Of a stretch of 64,000 bases of DNA, positions 43,210-51,802 are shown in pieces. Below the pieces are notes generated by a model, which made no database searches, had not been told where the DNA came from, and worked only from the letters and a program-made list of their open reading frames with translations. The position numbers and the translations under genes are program-made. The stretch's first letter is position 1. The number at the start of each line of letters is the position of its first letter. This DNA comes from Candidatus Methylomirabilales bacterium (lineage in GTDB: Bacteria; Methylomirabilota; Methylomirabilia; Methylomirabilales; CSP1-5): positions 7,473-71,472 of the forward strand of contig JBFHXD010000001.1 of assembly GCA_041599135.1 (NCBI GenBank), written 5' to 3'.

Positions 43210-44367
43210 TCACGAAAGCCCTGAAAACCCCTTGCCGGGAACGATCTTTCCCAGCGGAACCGCGTGCCTCGCTCCGGTCGCCGCAGGAACGTTTCCCGGC
43301 TGTCCAGCAAAGGTCAGATAGGCGAGGACGGCAAAAGCCGTCGCCTCAACCGCCTTGGTCGGATATCCCAGATCATCGCTGGGAAGGACAGGTCGGGGTT
43401 GCAACCGCGCCTCGATGGCATGTCTGAGCCAGCGGTTTTGAACACCCCCACCGCACAACACAATCTCGTCCACAGCGTGGCGCGGGAAGATGAAGGTCTC
43501 GAGGCTTTTCGCGATCCCCTCCACCGTCAGGGCAGACACCGTCGCCACGAGATCGGCCGGCGGGATTCCCTCACGGTCCGCCCCGACCAGGATTTCGTCC
43601 ACCATTCGAAGCCCAAACTCTTCCTGACCCGCACTCCGGGGAGGAGGCCGGTGGAAAAAGGGGTGATCTACCAGTCGCCGCAAAAGGGTTTGATGTATCT
43701 TTCCCGATGCCGCCCACGCCCCGTCGATATCGTACTCCAAAGATCCACCACTCAGTCGCCGAACGACTCCGTCGATCAGGACATTGCCTGGCCCCGCGTC
43801 GAAGGCCGCGATCCCGGCGACAGAGCCATCGGGAGGGAGCAGAGTGAGATTTGAGATGCCCCCGAGATTGACAATCACTCGGCACCGTTCGGGATGTCGA
43901 AAAAGCACATAATGGGGATACGGGGTGAGGGGAGCGCCCTCGCCGCCAGCCGCCATGTCCCTGGGCCGAAAGTCGGCCACCGTCGAAAGTCCGGTTCGCT
44001 CAACAATGATAGAGGGCTCACCAATCTGCAGGGTCGAGCGGAGCACCAGGTCTCCCTCGACTACCGCGGTCGGAAGATGGCAGACGGTCTGACCGTGGGA
44101 TCCGATGAGGGCCACATCGGCCGGGGAGAAGCCAGCCAGCTTCACGAGATCAAGAGCCGCTTGCGCGAAAAGCTCCCCGAGCAATACGTTGAGATGACAG
44201 ACCTCTCGAAGGGCATCAGGATGTGTGGAGAGCCGGAGGATTTGATCTCGAATGCCTGAGGGATAGGAACGGTGCTCAAAGTGAAGCAGCGTGACGTGCG
44301 GATGGTGAGCCTCCTCGGTGATCTCCACTAACGCGGCGTCGATCCCGTCCGCCGAGGTCCCGGACAT
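43210..44367 (-). CDS. anmK: Anhydro-N-acetylmuramic acid kinase
   Basis: MSGTSADGIDAALVEI N-terminus, NLGGISN, and the DAGPGN AnmK signature blocks. Confidence 0.9.
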   Translation of the reverse strand: MSGTSADGIDAALVEITEEAHHPHVTLLHFEHRSYPSGIRDQILRLSTHPDALREVCHLNVLLGELFAQAALDLVKLAGFSPADVALIGSHGQTVCHLPTAVVEGDLVLRSTLQIGEPSIIVERTGLSTVADFRPRDMAAGGEGAPLTPYPHYVLFRHPERCRVIVNLGGISNLTLLPPDGSVAGIAAFDAGPGNVLIDGVVRRLSGGSLEYDIDGAWAASGKIHQTLLRRLVDHPFFHRPPPRSAGQEEFGLRMVDEILVGADREGIPPADLVATVSALTVEGIAKSLETFIFPRHAVDEIVLCGGGVQNRWLRHAIEARLQPRPVLPSDDLGYPTKAVEATAFAVLAYLTFAGQPGNVPAATGARHAVPLGKIVPGKGFSGLS

Positions 44368-44381
44368 GAGCCCAATGACCT

Positions 44382-45560
44382 TCAGGGACGCCTCCCTCCT
44401 GCAAATTCAGCCTTGACCTGGTCCAGGGCGTCGCGGTCTTTCAGCAGATCAAGGCCGGTGAGGGCCATGGCCCTGGCCGCCAGAAGCATGCCCTCCTCTC
44501 CGGCCGCCGAGCCGGAGGCCACGGCAAATTCGGTCATGTGGCAGCTCACCTGGGACCCGCAAATCGTGATGGTGGGCTGAAGGGTGGGAACAACCTGGCT
44601 CACATTCCCCACATCGGTGGACCCCAGCTCCCCCTCTTCTGGACCCTGATCGACCTGACCTCCCAGCGCCTCAAGGTTCTGGCGAAAGAGGTGCGCGAGA
44701 GTATAGTTGATCCTATGGGGGTGATAGTCATACCCCGCACGCTTGACTTGATATCGGGTCCCGGTCGCATAGGCGGCCGCCTCGAAGCAGCCCAGCACCT
44801 TTTGGTAGAGTTCTTCCAGATACTCCATGTCTAACGCCCGGACGTAGAAGAGGGCCGCAGCATAATCCGGGATGATGTTCGGGGCTTTCCCCCCATGCGT
44901 GATAATCCCGTGGATCCGGGCATCGGAGCGGACCTGTTGTCGAAGGGCATTGATGTTATTGAAAGTCAGAATGACGGCATCGAGGGCGTTGACCCCGAGA
45001 TGCGGGACCGCCGCGGCGTGCGCGGCCTTGCCGAAGAACTCTACCGTGACATCACGCATTCCGAGCGCTTTCTTGACGATTTCGGTTCGGTTACTCGGAT
45101 GGACCAACATCGCTGCATCCACCCACTGAAACACCCCGGACTCCACCAAGGGTATCTTGCCTCCCCCCCTCTCCTCGGCCGGGCATCCCACGAGCAGGAC
45201 GCGGCCACGCACCTGACCCACGCAAGCTTTCAGGGCCAAGGCGGCCCCGACCGAGCCGGATGCAATGAGATTGTGACCACACGCGTGCCCAATGCCCGGA
45301 AGGGCATCGTACTCGGCCAGGAAGGCGATGGTGGGTCCGTCACCCGAAGCGTACGTGGCGGTAAAGGCGGTGGCGAGCCCTGCCGCTCCGCGTTCGACGG
45401 AAAAGCCATGCGCTTCCATCGTCCGGGTGAGCAGGTCAGCCGCCTGATACTCCTCAAAGGCGAGTTCGGGATTGGCATGGAGGAACCGGCTGACCTGCAA
45501 CAGCTCGGGGCTGAGTCGATCGACCTCTGTGACCACCGCCTGCTTCAGCGAATCCAGCAT
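44382..45560 (-). CDS. M20-family metallopeptidase / amidohydrolase
   Basis: EYDALPGIGHACGHNLIA metal-ligand block, GCPAEE, and a dimerisation-domain pattern. Confidence 0.85.
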   Translation of the reverse strand: MLDSLKQAVVTEVDRLSPELLQVSRFLHANPELAFEEYQAADLLTRTMEAHGFSVERGAAGLATAFTATYASGDGPTIAFLAEYDALPGIGHACGHNLIASGSVGAALALKACVGQVRGRVLLVGCPAEERGGGKIPLVESGVFQWVDAAMLVHPSNRTEIVKKALGMRDVTVEFFGKAAHAAAVPHLGVNALDAVILTFNNINALRQQVRSDARIHGIITHGGKAPNIIPDYAAALFYVRALDMEYLEELYQKVLGCFEAAAYATGTRYQVKRAGYDYHPHRINYTLAHLFRQNLEALGGQVDQGPEEGELGSTDVGNVSQVVPTLQPTITICGSQVSCHMTEFAVASGSAAGEEGMLLAARAMALTGLDLLKDRDALDQVKAEFAGGRRP

Positions 45561-45680
45561 CTGTTACTCCCTGCGATCGATTGCCAGGTCTTTTCTGAAA
45601 AACTACCACGAAACGGCTGGAAACACAATGTGGGACAGGCGCGGGACTGGGATGATAGAGCGGAGACGAGTGGTCGAGAC

Positions 45681-48155
45681 TCACTCGTACAGCGAGGCGT
45701 CCGGCATCTTCTCTTGAAAGAGACGGATCTGGGGCGAGATGGAAGGCAGGGCGTGGGTATCGGGGGCGGCGTTTACCCGAAAGTTGAGCGGGACGGGACC
45801 GGGAACAGGTACCTCCGCGCCGATAAACGGTGAGCTCTCGTCAAGACCGATGGAAAGGCGGGCACCCAGGGGCTCGTAGGGAAGCAGCCCTTCGAGCTGC
45901 ACGCCGTCCATGCTGGCACTCCCCTGGATCTGCGGAAAGGGGAGGAACGATTGACTCCCCTCCTCCTTGCCCAGAAACTCGGAAGGTTTGAGATGCACTT
46001 CGGGTTCCCGATCCACCCGATCCTGGGCAGGATCCCGGGCAAAGAGAAAGGCGGGTAGATCAGGCTGGTCGGTAAGCAGGGGCACCGTTTCTCCCGGCTT
46101 CTGGAACGCGCCTTCATACACGTGTTGGCGCAGCATGCGGAGGACTCGCTCTGCGGTTTTCCGATTGAGATTGTAAATCCGCGCCCGAGTCCCCTCAGGG
46201 CTCTCGAAGGTGATAACCAGGAGACCCGTTTCCAGCAGGGTGACGCCGTCGGATGCGATTTCGGTGTTGTCTGGATCTTCGTCCAACAGGCTTGGCTTGA
46301 GTCGTAGCCCCTCCTGAGCCACGGCTGGATGCTCTTGGAGGAACTGCTTGCTCAACCGCAGCCCCTGATACTGGGGCGCCAACAGCTCCCGGAAACGCCG
46401 CCCCGCCTCACGGGCGACTTGTGTCTCCGGATAGTTGCGCAAGATGGCGCCGAGGGTCTCGGCTCGCTGGGCGGGTGGAATCTCGTCGGCTCGTTCGAGT
46501 AACATCTCGGCAACCCGCTCTTCCAGCTCGCGGATGTGATCCGGATCAGCCTCCGCCTCCCGATAGTAGTACAGCGCCCGGTCATAGCGATCTTCCTTTT
46601 CATACGCCTCGGCGAGCAGCATACACACGTCCCGGTAGTGGGCGTCCTCTCGCGGGTGCTCGCGCAAGTACTGTCCCGCCGCCTCAATGATGGCGCTCCG
46701 AGACACGGGATTCCCGGTCAGCACACGGATGCCCCGGAGACCGACGCCGGCAGCAGCCGCTGCGCCTATCGGGATCGCAGCCGGCGTCCCGTAGAGAAGG
46801 ATGGTGGTGGGACTCTGAGCGACGGCTTGTTTCAGCGTCTCGCTCCCGCCCAAAATGTAACTCAGCGTCTTCCGAACATGTTGATACTCGGCTTCCCGGA
46901 TGCCAACCAACTGATTATAGTGGGGATCGTCCAAGAGGAGCCTCGCCTGCTCCTGCCGTAACGCGGACCATCCGTTCCCCGCCAGCTCCTCTAGCACTTC
47001 GTCTGCTTTTTCCTTCTGGCCCTCGAGTTCGTAGGCAAGGGCCATGACATCCGCGGCGATATCCCTGAGGGAATCTTCGTGATGACGGCTTGCCAGCTTC
47101 TGTGCTGCCGCCCGCATCATGGTCGGCTGCCGCCTGGTCGTGGCCAGGAGCAGGGTATAATACAGGGCCTCGTCGGAAGCGCCGGTGAACGAAAGAGACT
47201 CCAGTGAACTCCTCAGCGTCTCCGCCTGGCGATCCTGTTGCGCCTGGCGCAACGCCTTTACCATTTCCATTCCAGCTTCTGCTTCGTCGGAGACAGCATC
47301 CAGGCCAAGGGCCATTTCGAAGTAGTGTTCAGCCATCCAGAGGTCCCCGGCTTCTAGTGCCGTCTCACCTCGTTCGAGCTGTTTTTCCAGGAGCGCCTCC
47401 CGCTTCTTGGCCATGAGCCGGTTCACATCCTGTTTGACCCTTTCGGCTTCAGGGTCCTCGGGATACCGGGCCAAGAACTGTTGGTACAAGACCAGGGCCT
47501 TTCGTTCTTCCACGCTCATCCGGTGCAACTCCCCGGAGTGGAGCAGCACATCCACGGCAGAATCGATTGCCGGCGCCATCAGGGGATCCAGGACAAAGCT
47601 GGTCAGATTGACCGACCGAAGCACGCGATTCAAGACCTTGCCCACGCGCGCGAAGATACTTTCATGGTAGAGCCCGTCCGCCTGGGTGAGTTCGTCCCGT
47701 GCCAGTCGCCACGAGATCACGGCCTCGTTCTCGGGCTCCCGCACGTTGTCCATCGCCGCTTTCTGTGCCTCCAGGAATGTCTCCCGATCAGTCAGCATGC
47801 TGTGGTAGAGATCCCGAACCCTTGCACTGAGTCCCGTCACCGGCCGACCTTCCCGCCGCCGCGCCTCATCTTCACGGCGGAGAAAATCGAGATCGGTCCG
47901 AAGGGATTCTCCATTCCCCAGGTAGGCAGCGATGATGGCCTTTCGCACCGCATGATCGATCTCATCAGGGTAATAGCGCGGTGGTTCTTTTTCTGTCTCA
48001 AAGGGGGAGGAGGGTGAAAGCGGTTCGATAACCGGCCGGCCGTTTGGAGGATGGTTTGCGCCGACCGACGGCGGGCCGAGGGGAAGCAGCAGCACCCACA
48101 CTCCGATCGCGAGCGCCTGACCCCACGCACCGAGCCGCTCTTTCCCCCTTTGCAT
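45681..48155 (-). CDS. Large exported alpha-helical (TPR-like) protein of unknown function
   Basis: 824 aa, with the signal-like N-terminus LAIGVWVLLLPLGPPSVGA. Long helical repeats. No catalytic motif seen. Confidence 0.6.
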   Translation of the reverse strand: MQRGKERLGAWGQALAIGVWVLLLPLGPPSVGANHPPNGRPVIEPLSPSSPFETEKEPPRYYPDEIDHAVRKAIIAAYLGNGESLRTDLDFLRREDEARRREGRPVTGLSARVRDLYHSMLTDRETFLEAQKAAMDNVREPENEAVISWRLARDELTQADGLYHESIFARVGKVLNRVLRSVNLTSFVLDPLMAPAIDSAVDVLLHSGELHRMSVEERKALVLYQQFLARYPEDPEAERVKQDVNRLMAKKREALLEKQLERGETALEAGDLWMAEHYFEMALGLDAVSDEAEAGMEMVKALRQAQQDRQAETLRSSLESLSFTGASDEALYYTLLLATTRRQPTMMRAAAQKLASRHHEDSLRDIAADVMALAYELEGQKEKADEVLEELAGNGWSALRQEQARLLLDDPHYNQLVGIREAEYQHVRKTLSYILGGSETLKQAVAQSPTTILLYGTPAAIPIGAAAAAGVGLRGIRVLTGNPVSRSAIIEAAGQYLREHPREDAHYRDVCMLLAEAYEKEDRYDRALYYYREAEADPDHIRELEERVAEMLLERADEIPPAQRAETLGAILRNYPETQVAREAGRRFRELLAPQYQGLRLSKQFLQEHPAVAQEGLRLKPSLLDEDPDNTEIASDGVTLLETGLLVITFESPEGTRARIYNLNRKTAERVLRMLRQHVYEGAFQKPGETVPLLTDQPDLPAFLFARDPAQDRVDREPEVHLKPSEFLGKEEGSQSFLPFPQIQGSASMDGVQLEGLLPYEPLGARLSIGLDESSPFIGAEVPVPGPVPLNFRVNAAPDTHALPSISPQIRLFQEKMPDASLYE

Positions 48156-48163
48156 TCCGCCTC

Positions 48164-49198
48164 CTATTGACTTGCGGCCCGAACTTTCGAGACGTACGCT
48201 TGCAGTGCCTGGAGCTTCCCCTGGGCCTCGAGCTTCTCCAGAGAACCATCCTTCTGTGCCACGTCGGCATATAGGCGCCAGGCTTTACTCGTCCACTGCG
48301 AGAAGTGCTCCCATTGGAATGTCCGGTCCTCCGGTGGATGTGCCCGGGCGTATTCCTTGGCTAAGACTACGTAGAAGTCGGCAAATTCGACCACGTACGC
48401 ATTCCGGTGTTTACTGACTTCATGCGTCCTGATGAGGGTCTGGTATGCGTCGATCACCAACGTGTTTCCTTCCTTCAAGCGGTGCCGGTTCTCCTCGAGA
48501 TACTCCACCTTCAGACGGTCCAACCTTTCCGCCTCGATAAGGGCGAGAAATTCGTATGCGCTTCCCCGATACGTCTCCCGAAGTGTCCGCCAGGCCCCTG
48601 CCTTTCCCTCGAGGTGCGCCACAAAGGCCGTTGCGTCTCCATCCGCCGTGCCATAGCCCTGGAGGACGCGCTCAAAATCGCTGAGCGCTGCGAGGCTATT
48701 TTGGGCCTCCGGCTGCAAGGGGGAGGAGTTCATCTCGGCCACCAGACGGTAGGCGTCGATCGCCTTCCCGTATTCCCGGAGCCGTTCATACGCCATACCT
48801 TTGGTATACAGGATGATATCCGTGTAGCGACCCGGATGTTTCTGCGCGTAGTCCTCGAGGCGGATCAGGGTCGCCTTATAGACATTGAGCCCCGCGATGT
48901 CCTTGGGGGCCGAGAATCGGTAGAGATCCTCTCGTGAGAAGCGGTGGAAGTCGGTGACGATATCCAGCAGGCTTTCAGACGGGGCATACCGGGGGTCTTT
49001 TGCCACGCCCCCCGCACACCCGGCCAACACCAGGGGCAGGAGAATGACGCGACAGACAGCGAGCTGCAGACGCCACCTTCGCCAGCCTATGCGCCCACCC
49101 TGCGTTGGTCGAGCACTCTCACGGATCAGTAACCTGGTCAATAATCTGTCCCTCGCTGTCGATCGCGAGAAAACTCCGGCTCTGGCCGACCGTGACAA
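48164..49198 (-). CDS. TPR-like lipoprotein of unknown function (start uncertain)
   Basis: Lipobox LVLAG-C about 50 residues into the ORF. The annotated ATG overlaps the upstream gene by 80 nt, so a downstream non-ATG start is likely. Confidence 0.5.
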   Translation of the reverse strand: MSRSARAGVFSRSTARDRLLTRLLIRESARPTQGGRIGWRRWRLQLAVCRVILLPLVLAGCAGGVAKDPRYAPSESLLDIVTDFHRFSREDLYRFSAPKDIAGLNVYKATLIRLEDYAQKHPGRYTDIILYTKGMAYERLREYGKAIDAYRLVAEMNSSPLQPEAQNSLAALSDFERVLQGYGTADGDATAFVAHLEGKAGAWRTLRETYRGSAYEFLALIEAERLDRLKVEYLEENRHRLKEGNTLVIDAYQTLIRTHEVSKHRNAYVVEFADFYVVLAKEYARAHPPEDRTFQWEHFSQWTSKAWRLYADVAQKDGSLEKLEAQGKLQALQAYVSKVRAASQ

Positions 49199-50354
49199 GG
49201 GAAAAGTATCGCTTGGGAGCGGTTTTCGCGAGGTACCAACGGTCCCGGGGTTTTCTCGGCATCACACCCCAGGCACCGTCACCGAGATACAAGACCCCTT
49301 TCGGATCGACCTTGCCGGCTCGAATCCGGTGGGTGCGCTTGTAGACGTGCCCATGATGTTCAAAGGCGCCGTCTACGCCAAATTGCTCAAACAGCGGCAC
49401 CCAGTGCTCACGGATCTTTGCGCTGACGCCGTTGTCGAAGTTCTGCACAGACGGATAGGCCGGCACATGGTAGACCGCAAAGAGGTGGGGCACATCCTGT
49501 CGATCGGCCAACGTCCGGCGTAACCAATCCGTTTGCTCGCCATCAATGGCATGGGTGTGTCCCGAATCTAATACCACGAGGCTCAAGTACCGCCCAAAGT
49601 CTAAGACTCTGTAACTCCGCTTGTCCGGCAGGGCAAATAAGCTATAGAAATACGGCGCCTCTTCGGGCGTCTGGTTAAAGCCGCCCTTGACCTCGTGGTT
49701 GCCGATTGCGACCACTAACGGGATCAGCCGCCCGTCAGACGTCACCATGTATTTCTTCCACCCGGCCAGCCAACGATACCAGCGCCCCACCAATTTCGCT
49801 TCACCATTGGCGTAGGCGATGTCGCCGCCAATGACCGTGAACATCGGGTCCTGCTTGGCCACGAGGCGGCAGGTCTCTTCATACCATTCGTCGAACAGGT
49901 CGAAGTCGTCCATCGTATCTCCGCCGACGACGAAACGGATGGGCTTGCTCATGTTAGAGGGCATCGTACGGAATGTAAACTGGACCGAATTTTCCCCAAA
50001 ACGGAACCGGTAATCGGTCCCTGGCTTCAGGCCGGTCAATTCCGCCACGTGCACCATCCGATCGGAATGAGGCATCGGGTGGTGCGAACCTCTGAAAGTG
50101 TGCCACACCCCTTCGTCGAGCTGCTGGTACTGCACGACGTCGTCGCGTCCCCCATTGCTATGCCACTGGATCGTCATGGTGGTCGTCGGATCGCGCTGCC
50201 AGGTCAAGTAGACTGCAGGCGGATCGAATGGTGCTGCTTCTTTCTCAGAAGCGGGTTTGGGCACCCCGGCTTTCGCACAGGCCAGTGCCAGGGAGGCGGC
50301 CCCCACTAGCGCTATGAGCCTTCGCCAGGACTTCTCTGTCCTCACGCGTGACAT
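49119..50354 (-). CDS. Exported purple-acid-phosphatase-like metallophosphoesterase
   Basis: Lipobox-type signal peptide (ASLALA-C). N-terminal FN3-like domain. Metallophosphoesterase motifs GGDIAYANG, IGNHE and HHGHVY. Confidence 0.8.
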   Translation of the reverse strand: MSRVRTEKSWRRLIALVGAASLALACAKAGVPKPASEKEAAPFDPPAVYLTWQRDPTTTMTIQWHSNGGRDDVVQYQQLDEGVWHTFRGSHHPMPHSDRMVHVAELTGLKPGTDYRFRFGENSVQFTFRTMPSNMSKPIRFVVGGDTMDDFDLFDEWYEETCRLVAKQDPMFTVIGGDIAYANGEAKLVGRWYRWLAGWKKYMVTSDGRLIPLVVAIGNHEVKGGFNQTPEEAPYFYSLFALPDKRSYRVLDFGRYLSLVVLDSGHTHAIDGEQTDWLRRTLADRQDVPHLFAVYHVPAYPSVQNFDNGVSAKIREHWVPLFEQFGVDGAFEHHGHVYKRTHRIRAGKVDPKGVLYLGDGAWGVMPRKPRDRWYLAKTAPKRYFSLVTVGQSRSFLAIDSEGQIIDQVTDP

Positions 50355-50443
50355 ACCCCTTCCTTGCTCACGTATCCCGCTCAGAGGCGAACCGCGCGAT
50401 GTCGGTTTACATTAGGCACATGGGACCCCTGATCGCTTCCGGC

Positions 50444-51802
50444 CTATGTCCGGTCGACCTGCGGTCCCTCGTAGTAATCGAGACCCGAATGATCCAGGAC
50501 CTCTTCACCCACCAGGATGCGGAGTGTGTTCGTGAGTTTGAGGTGTTGGATGAACAGGTCGTGTTCCGGTTTGAGGTCAGGGCGTGCCATGGGTGCTTTG
50601 AAGTAGAACGACAACCATTCTTGAATGCCGGAGAGCCCGGCACGCTGCGCAAGGTCCAGAAAGAGGATCAGATCCAACACGATGGGGGCAGCCAGAATCG
50701 AATCCCGGCAGAGGAAATTGAGCTTGATCTGCATGGGGAGACCCAGCCACCCGATGATATCGATGTTATCCCATCCCTCCTTCGCATCTCCCCGTGGCGG
50801 ATAATACTCGATGCGAACCTTGTGATAATACTGGCCATAGAGATCGGGGTAGAGCTCGGGCTGTAGGATGGCATCCAGCACACCGCTCTTGGTGACCTCC
50901 TTGCCCCGAAATGAGCCAGGGTCGTCCAGGACTTCGCCATCTCTGTTCCCGAGAATGTTGGTGGAAAACCATCCCTTGAGCCCCAACATTCTCGCCTTCA
51001 GACCAGGGGCGATCACCGTTTTTAACAATGTCTGCCCGGTCTTAAAGTCCTTCCCGGCAATCGGCACGCCTCGTGTGTTTGCGAATTCGATCAGTGCCGG
51101 GATGTCGGCCGCCAGATTTGGCGCCCCATTGGCGAACGGGATGCCGCACGCAATGGACGCATAGGCATAGATCATTGAAGGGGAGATCTCTGGGGCGTTG
51201 TCCTTCAGCCCGCGTTCGAAGGCATCGAGCGTCTCATGCGTGGGGCCGGTCTCGGAAAAGACCTCGGTCGAACCGCACCAGATCATGACGGCTCGCTGCG
51301 CTCCGTGGGCGCGCAGGAACCCCTCAATATCGTGCATGAGTGCCTCGACTAAATCCATCTTCGTGGCGCCGGACTTGATGTGGGTCCCATGCAGTTTTCG
51401 GACATATGCCTGGTCAAACACCCCGGGCCACGGCGTGATGGCTTCCAGTTCCTTCTGCACTGGCGTGAGTACTTCGGTCGACAAGACCCCTGCGATCCGG
51501 GCCGACTGGTAGGCGTCGTCGGGAAAGATGTCCCACCCCCCGAAGACGAGGTCCTGCAGATCGGCAAGGGGAACCAGCGCCTTGATGGGGATAAAGCGGG
51601 GTTGCGTGCGCTTTCCCAGCCGGATCTTTTGCATCTGGGTCAGTGAACCATACGGCTCGCCGAGTCCCTTGTTGATCAGATAGACGCCAGCGATGAGGGT
51701 GGTGCTCACCGCCCCCAGGCCCGGCAGCAGGATCCCCAGCTTCCCCTGTGCCGGAGCGATGACTCTGGCCAGTTCAGGATAGAACGAAGTCTGTTCACTC
51801 AT
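50444..51802 (-). CDS. ino1: myo-Inositol-1-phosphate (inositol-3-phosphate) synthase
   Basis: In-frame ATG 51802 forms ATGA with the upstream stop. Blocks LLPGLGAVSTTLIAG (NAD site), WCGSTE, and GKDFKTGQTLLKTVIAPGLKARML...NILGNRDGEVL. Confidence 0.85.
   Translation of the reverse strand: MSEQTSFYPELARVIAPAQGKLGILLPGLGAVSTTLIAGVYLINKGLGEPYGSLTQMQKIRLGKRTQPRFIPIKALVPLADLQDLVFGGWDIFPDDAYQSARIAGVLSTEVLTPVQKELEAITPWPGVFDQAYVRKLHGTHIKSGATKMDLVEALMHDIEGFLRAHGAQRAVMIWCGSTEVFSETGPTHETLDAFERGLKDNAPEISPSMIYAYASIACGIPFANGAPNLAADIPALIEFANTRGVPIAGKDFKTGQTLLKTVIAPGLKARMLGLKGWFSTNILGNRDGEVLDDPGSFRGKEVTKSGVLDAILQPELYPDLYGQYYHKVRIEYYPPRGDAKEGWDNIDIIGWLGLPMQIKLNFLCRDSILAAPIVLDLILFLDLAQRAGLSGIQEWLSFYFKAPMARPDLKPEHDLFIQHLKLTNTLRILVGEEVLDHSGLDYYEGPQVDRT

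Noticed and set aside
45572-45586. Sigma-54-like GG-N10-GC element (minus strand TGGCAATCGATCGCA) upstream of the M20 peptidase gene
   Set aside because: The -12 region is CGCA rather than TTGC. The predicted start would fall on top of the RBS, only about 12 nt from the ATG. This is probably chance.
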